From an uncultured bacterium (lineage in GTDB: Bacteria > Fidelibacterota > Marinisomatia > Marinisomatales > AB-629-J13), in the NCBI GenBank assembly GCA_964433085.1, contig CAYSQB010000002.1:981-64980 (forward strand): DNA of 64,000 nucleotides, given 5' to 3'. This document shows positions 51,016 to 58,855 of the stretch, piece by piece (position 1 is the first letter of the stretch; each line of letters begins with the position of its first letter). The translations under genes and the position numbers were made by a program. The notes beneath the pieces were generated by a model. The model was not told the DNA's origin, ran no database searches, and was given only the letters and a program-made list of their open reading frames with translations.

Positions 51016-52292
51016 TTACCAACTGTCGGGTGTATAAAATATGTTCCGTAAGGATTAAATCCAATATCAATCCCAATCACTCCTGCACCCGAAGCAAAAA
51101 ACCGTAACCCGAAACCATATCCCACAATACTATTTTTAAAATCGTTTGAATTCAAGTTTTTGGAACTGACCCCCACATCTAAAAAATAAACAACATCGGT
51201 TCCCAGTTCTATCCCTCCATAATCCATTCTAGGAAATAATGTATGTTGAAGCTGAATACTTTCATAGAACGCATGCACCCCCTCTATTTTTTCTTGAGTC
51301 GGCTCAGGATTCTGCCAGGGAATCGGGGAATAGCCCCGCACATAGTCTTCCCCTCCAATATACACATACGAAAATGGAGGAATAGGTTCTGGTTTTTTTT
51401 GTATGAACAGAGATGATTTGATCGATAGTACAGGGTTTCTGAAATCTTGAGATATTTGATAATAATACGTGTGTTCACAATTAAATTGGAAAAAATTATG
51501 AGTATTTTCTAAACCAATGCGAGGTTTCAAATGCAGTTTTAAATGTTGCCCCTTTGTAGGGTCTACAAAAACATCACGTGTATCGTACTGATAATTAAAA
51601 ATACTATACAGATACTGATAATCAAAAATAAATGTCCCTAAAGCCCACCGATCATCAGGTATGACTCTAGCTGTATCTAGAGAAATAGTTTCGACCCCCA
51701 TTTTCAAATCATATTTGTTGCTGTCTCCCCGATAAAATCCTATCCCCGCATAACCACCCTTTTCCTGATATTCATAGGCATAAACATTGCCATCAGAAAA
51801 AAAATCATATATCCCTAAATTAATGGAAATATGATCTCCGGCTATCCAGGGATCTCTAAAATCCAGAAACCAAGTTCTCTCCTGCCCAAATATCATCCCA
51901 AAAAATAATTTTTCATTTAATCCTCTGAAATTCTTGTAGGCAACACCTCCTCCATATGATAATCCTTTCCCCTCATCATATTCTATCAAGGGAAATGGAA
52001 TAAACCTGAATGTTTCTACAACCGTTATAGTATAGAGCAAATCTTTTTCAAAGATATCAACAGTAGAAAACAAACCCAGATTATAGATTCTATCTCTATC
52101 CTCTTTAGCAACAGATTGATTGAAATCTCCTGGAACAGGGTGTTGAATCTCCCGTAAAATGATATGATCTTTGGTATATTGGTTCCCGATAATTTGGATG
52201 GACTGAATCAGCTCAGAGTGGAGAATTTCTGAAAAAAATATCAATACAAAACAATAAACGTATAGCTCCAGATTATTATCCGGTTTTATCAT
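51012..52292 (-). CDS. Omp85/BamA-family outer membrane protein with one POTRA-like domain
   Basis: N-terminal IQSIQIIGNQYTKDHIILREI (POTRA-like) followed by an aromatic/Gly-rich beta-barrel. Start moved to ATG 52292 because the track TTG start at 52331 lies inside a terminator hairpin. Confidence 0.7.
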   Translation of the reverse strand: MIKPDNNLELYVYCFVLIFFSEILHSELIQSIQIIGNQYTKDHIILREIQHPVPGDFNQSVAKEDRDRIYNLGLFSTVDIFEKDLLYTITVVETFRFIPFPLIEYDEGKGLSYGGGVAYKNFRGLNEKLFFGMIFGQERTWFLDFRDPWIAGDHISINLGIYDFFSDGNVYAYEYQEKGGYAGIGFYRGDSNKYDLKMGVETISLDTARVIPDDRWALGTFIFDYQYLYSIFNYQYDTRDVFVDPTKGQHLKLHLKPRIGLENTHNFFQFNCEHTYYYQISQDFRNPVLSIKSSLFIQKKPEPIPPFSYVYIGGEDYVRGYSPIPWQNPEPTQEKIEGVHAFYESIQLQHTLFPRMDYGGIELGTDVVYFLDVGVSSKNLNSNDFKNSIVGYGFGLRFFASGAGVIGIDIGFNPYGTYFIHPTVGN

Positions 52293-52311
52293 TGTAAAAG
52301 TAAAATTGTAT

Positions 52312-52346
52312 ATAAAAAAAAAGGCCTTCAAAATGAAGACCTTTTT
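52312..52346 (-). terminator. Rho-independent terminator after the 75-aa repeat-protein gene
   Basis: The minus strand reads AAGGTCTTCA-ttt-TGAAGGCCTT (one mismatch) followed by a run of 9 T. It lies 18 nt after the stop at 52364. Confidence 0.7.
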
Positions 52347-52363
52347 AATTCACTATAGGGGTA

Positions 52364-52591
52364 CTACTTTCTTCCTCTTGCCATTGCTGACCTAGCTACA
52401 TTACCACCTTTATCAATAAAATAAAGATATCCAGATTCACGAGAAACACCCGCATCTGCTACTTTTTCAGCATTACCGCCACCCTTTCTGCCCCTGGACA
52501 TTTTTGAACGCCAAACATTACCATCTTTCCCAAGATAGTATAGATATCCAGATTCCTTTGAAACTCCAGTTTGTTTTACAACTTCTGACAT
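52364..52591 (-). CDS. Small basic protein made of two tandem ~33-aa repeats (family not recognised)
   Basis: 75 aa from ATG 52591, preceded by GAGGAG with a 5-nt spacer. The repeats are GVSKESGYLYYLGKDGNVWRSKMSRGRKGG and GVSRESGYLYFIDKGGNVARSAMARGRK. Own terminator. Confidence 0.7.
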   Translation of the reverse strand: MSEVVKQTGVSKESGYLYYLGKDGNVWRSKMSRGRKGGGNAEKVADAGVSRESGYLYFIDKGGNVARSAMARGRK

Positions 52592-52942
52592 AATCACTCC
52601 TCGATTAATTGTTAGTTAAATGTTTTTAATTAAATTATAATGTCGGACAAGTGTACACTACGATTAAGATACGTGTCAAGTGTTTTCTCGTCGATAAATC
52701 ACTGACTTCATTATATTGAATCCAGTAAATATTAATCCATATTTTATATTTGGAATCAACTATTGGGTATAATCATTATTTTTAATATAATTAAAAATAA
52801 ACAATTTTTTCGATAGTTCGAACTAAACAATAATTGTTAGATATTAATCTATATGATTTTTTATTTAATTTTCTCTTTTTCAGGGGCTTATTTCATTAAG
52901 CATTAAGAGCAATTATTATAGATAGGTTAATAAAATAGTATA

Positions 52943-53500
52943 ATGGCAAAATATCATTTACAGGCGCTGATTCAAATACTTGAGGGTGAACAGGCTGTGA
53001 TTCAGAGAACAGACCAAAAAGCCTTAACATTACTCTCTATTTTGGGTGTTTTTATGGTGTTCTTTATTGTTCACTTTCCAAAATTGCAGATGGATAGGAT
53101 AACATTTTCCCTGGTTTTGGTTTATTTTAGTGCAGCCATAGGAACAATGTATAACTTAGTAAGAGTGATCATTCCCAGGCTTCGCAAGGAAACCATTCAA
53201 TCTGAAGGCCAAGAAGAGACTGAGAAGGAATATGTAAGTCCCACTTTTTTCGCAGGAATCAGCCAATTCAATAGCCCAGAAGAATATTCCGAGCACCTGA
53301 AATCTAAATCAAATGACGAGGACCAATTTTATACAATTTTTTCCCATCAGGTTTTTTCCCTCGGAAAGATAAACCAGTTAAAGAATGAGTATATTCGTCT
53401 GTCTACATATTTTTTTATTACCGCGCTTACATCGGAGCTAGCAATTATTATTTATATGGCCTACGCCAGGGCATTACCTTTTTTATTTCCAGAAGGATGA
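52943..53500 (+). CDS. Hypothetical 3-TM protein; architecture reminiscent of DUF5706/Pycsar-type or SLATT-type membrane effector domains
   Basis: 185 aa. An N-terminal helix and RTDQKA precede two TMs (ALTLLSILGVFMVFFIVHF, ITFSLVLVYFSAAIGTMYNLVRVII). Then PRLRKE, FFAGISQFNSPEEYSEHL, a helical segment and a C-terminal TM. The family assignment is from memory and was not searched. Confidence 0.6.
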   Translation: MAKYHLQALIQILEGEQAVIQRTDQKALTLLSILGVFMVFFIVHFPKLQMDRITFSLVLVYFSAAIGTMYNLVRVIIPRLRKETIQSEGQEETEKEYVSPTFFAGISQFNSPEEYSEHLKSKSNDEDQFYTIFSHQVFSLGKINQLKNEYIRLSTYFFITALTSELAIIIYMAYARALPFLFPEG

Positions 53501-54021
53501 AATTCATATTACTATTTGCCCTTGTACTGTTTGTACAAACAGGTTGTTCTCCTAAAATTGTAAAAATTCCTGGTATCCAGGGATTAAAAGGAGAAAAGGG
53601 AGAAAAAGGGGAAAAGGGAGAAAAGGGAGAAAAAGGTAAGGATGGTGAAGATGGTAAAAGTGCATCAAAGGAAACAATCGCTAAACTTGAAAATATATTA
53701 GAAAGGAATAATTTGGAAAACATTGTAGGATCAGAAGCTTACAGCTTTGGACTTGCACCAAGAATTACTGGATTTGCAATTCTAACAAATTTAGGAAATC
53801 TATATAAGCTTGAAAACAAAAATACACAAACCATTGGCAAATTGATTGAATATGTCAGCAGAGTGGATAATAAAAATGACTTTATATCTCTCTCACGATC
53901 AGCCTATGCTGATGATATTAAACAATATTTTACAGCGGTTACCAAAACAGGGGAAGTGTATATCTCATCAGATCTGAAAAAGTGGGAAAAAATTGGTAAT
54001 GCTTTAATTGATAATGACTAG
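53497..54021 (+). CDS. Lipoprotein with collagen-like (GXY)10 repeat and unknown C-terminal domain
   Basis: 174 aa with signal and lipobox-like LFVQTGC, then GIQGLKGEKGEKGEKGEKGEKGKDGEDGKS, then about 120 aa with no recognised family. ATGA overlap with the upstream gene. Confidence 0.7.
   Translation: MKFILLFALVLFVQTGCSPKIVKIPGIQGLKGEKGEKGEKGEKGEKGKDGEDGKSASKETIAKLENILERNNLENIVGSEAYSFGLAPRITGFAILTNLGNLYKLENKNTQTIGKLIEYVSRVDNKNDFISLSRSAYADDIKQYFTAVTKTGEVYISSDLKKWEKIGNALIDND
53590..53634. repeat. Five in-frame tandem copies of a 9-bp unit (GGRGAAAAR) encoding GEK
   Basis: Read directly: gga gaa aag / gga gaa aaa / ggg gaa aag / gga gaa aag / gga gaa aaa. It lies inside the 10-triplet GXY tract at 53572-53661. 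Confidence 0.9.
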
Positions 54022-54034
54022 ATATCTAAATATT

Positions 54035-54111
54035 GCCCCGGTAGCTCAGCTGGATAGAGCAACAGCCTTCTAAGCTGTGGGCCACAGGTTCGAATCCTGT
54101 CCGGGGTACCA
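54035..54111 (+). tRNA. tRNA-Arg (anticodon TCT), CCA encoded
   Basis: Hand-folded cloverleaf. Acceptor GCCCCGG/CCGGGGT (G1:U72 wobble), D stem GCTC/GAGC, anticodon stem ACAGC/GCTGT with loop CTTCTAA, T stem ACAGG/CCTGT with loop TTCGAAT. Then A, CCA and a T-run. Confidence 0.9.
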
Positions 54112-54289
54112 TTTTTTTTAATACCTATATCCGAAATTCCAAACCTCATCAAATAGAATTCCTCTATAAGTTCTGAACCTATATATCTAGAGGGGGAATT
54201 TATCCTGGATATTATGGAATATCCCGTTTTCGTTTTTTTCGGTGAATGTTTCCTTTGCTTTCAAACAATTTTATGTGTGAAACTCCACC

Positions 54290-55666
54290 GTGAATCAGCA
54301 ACTGTTAAAAACAATAATAACAACTAAAATTCCGGACCAACTGGCATCCTTAGTGAAAGATTATCTTTCACTGGGATGGGTTGTTTACAAAGATATTTCT
54401 GATTGCTCAATCGAATTATCTTTCCCAAAAGTTAACGAAGCAAACCTTCAATTCTATCCAAGCGGTTTGATGAAAACCTACTGTAAGGTAAAAAAAGATG
54501 GAGCCAAACACGGAACATTCATTTCCTTTTATGAGTCAGGTTACAGGCACAAAGAAAAGTATTTTAGCAATAACCTTCAGCATGGAATTTTTTCCGTATG
54601 GAATGAATCTGGTAGCTTGATTCAGAAAGGTGAATATAAGAATGGGCAGGAAGATGGACTCTGGATCGACTATTTTTTCAATGGTAAAAAACGGTATGAA
54701 GGACTTTGGAAAAGTGGGGATAAAAATGGATTGTTTCAGTGGTGGTATGCAAATGATATATTAAAACAAAAGGGTAAGTTTGATTCGGGAAACAAAACAG
54801 GAAAGTGGGCATCATGGTATATTACCGGAGAAAAAAAAGAAGTGGTCCAATATAAAGATGGAATCCTTCAGGGTGAGCTACGGAAATGGGGTCAGAATAG
54901 AAGATTACACTTGACAGGGTCATTTAATAAAGGGGAAAAAGATGGGATATGGACAAAATATTATCCTACAGGTGAGATTCGGGAGGAAGAAAATTTTGTA
55001 TTAGGACTAAAATCTGACCTGAGAAAAGTTTGGTATCCCAACGGGAAAATGAAACAAAAGGAATTTTATGAAAAGAATATCATTCATGGAAAGCAAATTG
55101 AATGGTTCTCAAGTGGACATAAAAAATCCGATGGTTCTTTTGTTCATGGCCAGCCAAACGGAACCTGGGAAGCTTGGTATGACAGTGGGAAACGACGGTC
55201 ATCTATCACTTATGATAGAGGGACTCTCCATGGCAAGATCCAGTCATGGTATCCTGACAGTGGGAAAAAAGAGGAAGGTTTTTATTCCTATGGGAAAAAG
55301 GAAGGAACATGGAAAAGATGGTCCAGAACAGGTCAAATGGAATCAGAAATCGAATATCAAAACGGATTGCGCCATGGCTTGTGTAAGCAGTGGTACAGCA
55401 ACGGAGAAAAAACATTTCAGATTCACTATGAAAAGGGGAAATATCATGGACAATGGCTGGAGTGGTATGAAACGGGGAATAAAATGAAATCAAATAATTA
55501 TATACATGGTATCCAGAACGGAAGCTGTATTCATTGGCATAAAAATGGGATGAAAAAAATTGATTGTTTTTATAAAAATGGGGAAATGAATGGAAAATTT
55601 ACAGAATGGGATTCCTCCGGTGAGATCATTCAGGAATATAGGTATAATAGAGGAGTTGTAACTTAA
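54290..55666 (+). CDS. MORN-variant repeat protein (YwqK-like repeats), about 16 repeats
   Basis: 458 aa, apparent GTG start, no signal peptide. Repeated ~23-aa units of the form G.W..WY.NG.K..EG.Y..G..HG. Confidence 0.75.
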   Translation: MNQQLLKTIITTKIPDQLASLVKDYLSLGWVVYKDISDCSIELSFPKVNEANLQFYPSGLMKTYCKVKKDGAKHGTFISFYESGYRHKEKYFSNNLQHGIFSVWNESGSLIQKGEYKNGQEDGLWIDYFFNGKKRYEGLWKSGDKNGLFQWWYANDILKQKGKFDSGNKTGKWASWYITGEKKEVVQYKDGILQGELRKWGQNRRLHLTGSFNKGEKDGIWTKYYPTGEIREEENFVLGLKSDLRKVWYPNGKMKQKEFYEKNIIHGKQIEWFSSGHKKSDGSFVHGQPNGTWEAWYDSGKRRSSITYDRGTLHGKIQSWYPDSGKKEEGFYSYGKKEGTWKRWSRTGQMESEIEYQNGLRHGLCKQWYSNGEKTFQIHYEKGKYHGQWLEWYETGNKMKSNNYIHGIQNGSCIHWHKNGMKKIDCFYKNGEMNGKFTEWDSSGEIIQEYRYNRGVVT

Positions 55667-55741
55667 TATCATTGATTATACATTAAATTTGGAACAAAAA
55701 TATATCCTTTAAACTAATATTAACCGAACTTCATAGAAAAA

Positions 55742-57871
55742 ATGAACCGAACAAAAACATACATCACAACAGTTATATTAATTGGATTATTTGTTTTCAC
55801 AGCAAAATATCACCACGGAAAAATCACTTATCCCAAATCCAGAAAAGTGGATGTGGTGGACACATATCATGGTGTATCCGTTAATGATCCTTACCGCTGG
55901 CTTGAGGATGACCAATCCAGTGAAACAAATCGTTGGGTAAGAGCCCAAAACAGGATCACAAATAAATTCCTGAAAATAATTCCTTACCGGAACAAAATAA
56001 AAGAAAGGTTAACCGAGCTGAATGATTATGAAAAATTTTCCATTCCTTTTCAGCAGGGAGATAAATTCTACTTTTATAAAAACGATGGGTTACAAAATCA
56101 ATGGGTCCTGTATACTCAGGATAATTTAGATGCTGAACCTAAAGTCCTTTTAGATCCTAATACATTCTCAGAGGACGGAACCGTTGCTCTTAGCGGTACT
56201 TATTTTTCGAATGACAGCCGATATTTGGGCTACGGTGTCAGTTCATCCGGATCAGACTGGAAGGAATTTTATATTCTGGATTTGAGTACAAACCAATTGC
56301 TTGCTGACCACATCCAATGGATAAAGTTTTCCGGAATGGCTTGGACCGAAACCGGATTTTTCTATTCTACATTTCCGAAACCAAAAGAAGGTAAAGAACT
56401 GTCCGCTACAAATGAAAACAGTAAAGTTTATTATCACGAGCTGGGTACTGACCAAACTACAGATATCTTGATTTATGAAGATACGGAACACCCAAGGCAC
56501 TCTCCCTATGTAAGCACAACAGAGGATAATCAATTTCTTATCTTGTATCAATCAAAGGGCACTCACGGTAATACGGTTGCCATCAAGGAACTAAATAATC
56601 CGGATTCTCCATTTATATCAGTTGTTTCAGATTTTGATGGGGATCACGGAATCGTTCATAATGTGGGAAATATATTTTATATGATGACTGATAGAAATTC
56701 TCCCAAAAAACGATTGGTATCCTTCAGTTTAAATAACCCTGAAATAGAAAACTGGTTTGATGTCCTTCCTGAGAGCAAACATACCTTGCAATCTGTCTCT
56801 TTCCCAAGTGATAAGCTCATTGCTATTTATATGGTTGACGCACAGGACAAAGCCTTTATCCATAGGCAAAATGGCCAATTTCTAAAAGAAGTGGAACTCC
56901 CCTCTCCAGGAAGTCTGGGTGGATTTAGAGGAAAAAAATATTCAAAAGAAGTTTTTTACAGCTTTGAGACATTCAATCACCCAATGACCATTTTCCGGTT
57001 TGATTTAAATTCCTTGACCTCCAATGTACACAAGACATCTGGAGTTGCCTTCTCTCCGGAAGATTATGCGACCTCCCAATCGTTCTATTCGAGTAAAGAT
57101 GGAACTCAAATTCCTATCTTTATCACTCACGATAAAAACCTTACAATGGATGGAACAAATCCTACCCTTCTTTACGCATACGGCGGATTCAATATCAGCA
57201 TGCAGCCGTTTTTCAGTACTGGGAATATTGTTCTAATGGAGAATGGAGGTGTGTATGCCCTTGCTTGTCTGAGGGGTGGCGGTGAATATGGAGATTCCTG
57301 GCATAAATCTGGAATGCTTGAAAATAAACAAAACGTTTTTAATGATTTTATAGCAGGTGCAGAGTACCTTATAAATTCAGGATATAGCTGTCCAGAAAAA
57401 CTTGCGATTCGTGGCGGTTCAAATGGTGGATTGCTCATCGGTGCAGTAATAAATCAGCGCCCAGATTTGTTCAAAGTTGCTTTTCCTGCTGTGGGAGTAA
57501 TGGATATGCTTCGCTACCATCAATTCACAATTGGATGGGCCTGGGCTGTGGAATACGGAAGCAGTGATGACCCTGCACATTTTGAGAATCTGTTTTCCTA
57601 TTCTCCCCTGCACAATATTAATTCAAATGCACTCTATCCCGCTACGATGATCACAACCGCTGATCATGACGACCGGGTGGTTCCAGCTCATTCTTTCAAA
57701 TATGCTGCTACTCTTCAGGAAAAAAGATCTGATAATCCCAATCCACTTTTAATCAGAATAGAAACAAAAGCAGGGCACGGTGCCGGGAAACCCACATCAA
57801 AATATATCGAAGAACAGGCAGATATCTGGTCATTTATGTTTTATAATATGGATGAAGAAATCAAATTCTAA
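55742..57871 (+). CDS. Prolyl oligopeptidase (S9A family)
   Basis: 709 aa with an N-terminal TM/signal, VNDPYRWLED, the catalytic Ser in GGSNGGLL, DDRV and HGAGKP. Confidence 0.9.
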   Translation: MNRTKTYITTVILIGLFVFTAKYHHGKITYPKSRKVDVVDTYHGVSVNDPYRWLEDDQSSETNRWVRAQNRITNKFLKIIPYRNKIKERLTELNDYEKFSIPFQQGDKFYFYKNDGLQNQWVLYTQDNLDAEPKVLLDPNTFSEDGTVALSGTYFSNDSRYLGYGVSSSGSDWKEFYILDLSTNQLLADHIQWIKFSGMAWTETGFFYSTFPKPKEGKELSATNENSKVYYHELGTDQTTDILIYEDTEHPRHSPYVSTTEDNQFLILYQSKGTHGNTVAIKELNNPDSPFISVVSDFDGDHGIVHNVGNIFYMMTDRNSPKKRLVSFSLNNPEIENWFDVLPESKHTLQSVSFPSDKLIAIYMVDAQDKAFIHRQNGQFLKEVELPSPGSLGGFRGKKYSKEVFYSFETFNHPMTIFRFDLNSLTSNVHKTSGVAFSPEDYATSQSFYSSKDGTQIPIFITHDKNLTMDGTNPTLLYAYGGFNISMQPFFSTGNIVLMENGGVYALACLRGGGEYGDSWHKSGMLENKQNVFNDFIAGAEYLINSGYSCPEKLAIRGGSNGGLLIGAVINQRPDLFKVAFPAVGVMDMLRYHQFTIGWAWAVEYGSSDDPAHFENLFSYSPLHNINSNALYPATMITTADHDDRVVPAHSFKYAATLQEKRSDNPNPLLIRIETKAGHGAGKPTSKYIEEQADIWSFMFYNMDEEIKF

Positions 57872-58440
57872 TGTTTCATAATATGTTCAATAAGGCATGG
57901 ATTGTTTCCATACTGTTTTTAAATATCGTTCTATCTTCAGAATTTAGAGGAAAAACTCAGGGAAATTTCTCATCGGTAATGGAAGTTGGTCCCGGAATCG
58001 GTTATTTCATGCCCAGAACTGATTACTTAAATTCACATGAGTTTTCCATTGGCGGACTTTGGACATTGTCTCCCTCTTACGGAATCAGGTTTTCTATTTT
58101 GCATACACAATTGAATCATGAATCTTCAGACAGTTCCCATCATTTTCTGCAATTTGGACCTGGAGTGGAGTTTGCCCTTCAAACCCGTGAAAAAGTAAAA
58201 GGATATACGTTAATTGATGTTGGGTTTATCGATGGTAAAAAGGACGCACTGTTCATTTTCGGGATCGGAATGAAATATAGAATGAATGAAAAATATTCAT
58301 TAAAATTTGAATTGAGAGATTATCATGAAGGAATTGGAATTCCTTTTGTCACTTTTCCAAGAAGTCAGGCAGGGGTGAGTGGTGAAGGAGGATCGAAATA
58401 TCTGGATTTTCAAGTTCAATTACATTACAAGATTAAATAA
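57871..58440 (+). CDS. Hypothetical secreted protein, possibly small outer-membrane beta-barrel
   Basis: 189 aa with a signal-like N-terminus and alternating hydrophobic/aromatic strands (FGIGMKYRM, YSLKFELRDY). The start overlaps the upstream stop (TAATG). Confidence 0.5.
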   Translation: MFHNMFNKAWIVSILFLNIVLSSEFRGKTQGNFSSVMEVGPGIGYFMPRTDYLNSHEFSIGGLWTLSPSYGIRFSILHTQLNHESSDSSHHFLQFGPGVEFALQTREKVKGYTLIDVGFIDGKKDALFIFGIGMKYRMNEKYSLKFELRDYHEGIGIPFVTFPRSQAGVSGEGGSKYLDFQVQLHYKIK

Positions 58441-58457
58441 TTGGAAAGGATAGAGCT

Positions 58458-58661
58458 ATGAAATCAGGAACAGTTAAAGAATATGATAGAGATCGAGGTT
58501 TCGGTTTTGTGACCGGTGATGACGGTGAAGATTATTTTCTACATGTCAGTGGTCTGAGAGAGCACCTCAAACATAAAGGACTCAGAGAAGGTCAGCGGGT
58601 GTTGTTTGACATAGATTTTGACATGAAAGGAGACCGAGCAATAAACGTAAGGATAGAATAA
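58458..58661 (+). CDS. Cold-shock domain protein
   Basis: 67 aa with RGFGFV (RNP1) and DYFLHVS (RNP2-like). Confidence 0.88.
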   Translation: MKSGTVKEYDRDRGFGFVTGDDGEDYFLHVSGLREHLKHKGLREGQRVLFDIDFDMKGDRAINVRIE

Positions 58662-58855
58662 GTATTATTATCTAATTTGACACTGATTTAATCTCTACGA
58701 AATAGATATTTCCTCAAAAATATTCTTAGGTTTAGGAGCAGGGATTGAACCAATTAGGCCTCACAGTATCTTTTACCCGAAATGTAGTAAATTGAGCTCA
58801 ACAAACAACATTAATTCCCCTCTAGAGTTTACTCCGTAGTTATAATTTATTATAT

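Noticed and set aside
52292-52331. N-terminal extension of the Omp85 ORF (TTG start at 52331). Analogous track-ORF extensions occur at pdxS (6884), apbE (12110), nuoI (24424), parA (41162), plsY (50290) and aspS (31160).
   Set aside because: The extensions overlap the upstream gene or a terminator hairpin and add residues with no homology. Internal ATG starts restore canonical N-termini.
53590-53634. Short tandem repeats as a possible CRISPR or regulatory array
   Set aside because: The units are 9 bp, contiguous with no spacers, in frame and coding. This is not a CRISPR architecture.
53448-53723. 91-aa minus-strand ORF with an SPFSPFSPFSPF repeat
   Set aside because: It is the reverse-complement shadow of the GEK collagen-like repeat. 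The plus-strand gene has a signal peptide, a lipobox and translational coupling, which makes it the real one.
58735-58800. Possible minus-strand tRNA or tRNA remnant (GGTTCAATCCCTGCTCC)
   Set aside because: Hand folding fails. The T stem does not pair (ATTGG vs CCTGC), the acceptor pairs for only 4 bp, and the span is about 64 nt. At most it is a decayed fragment, so it is mentioned only as context for the pyk finding.
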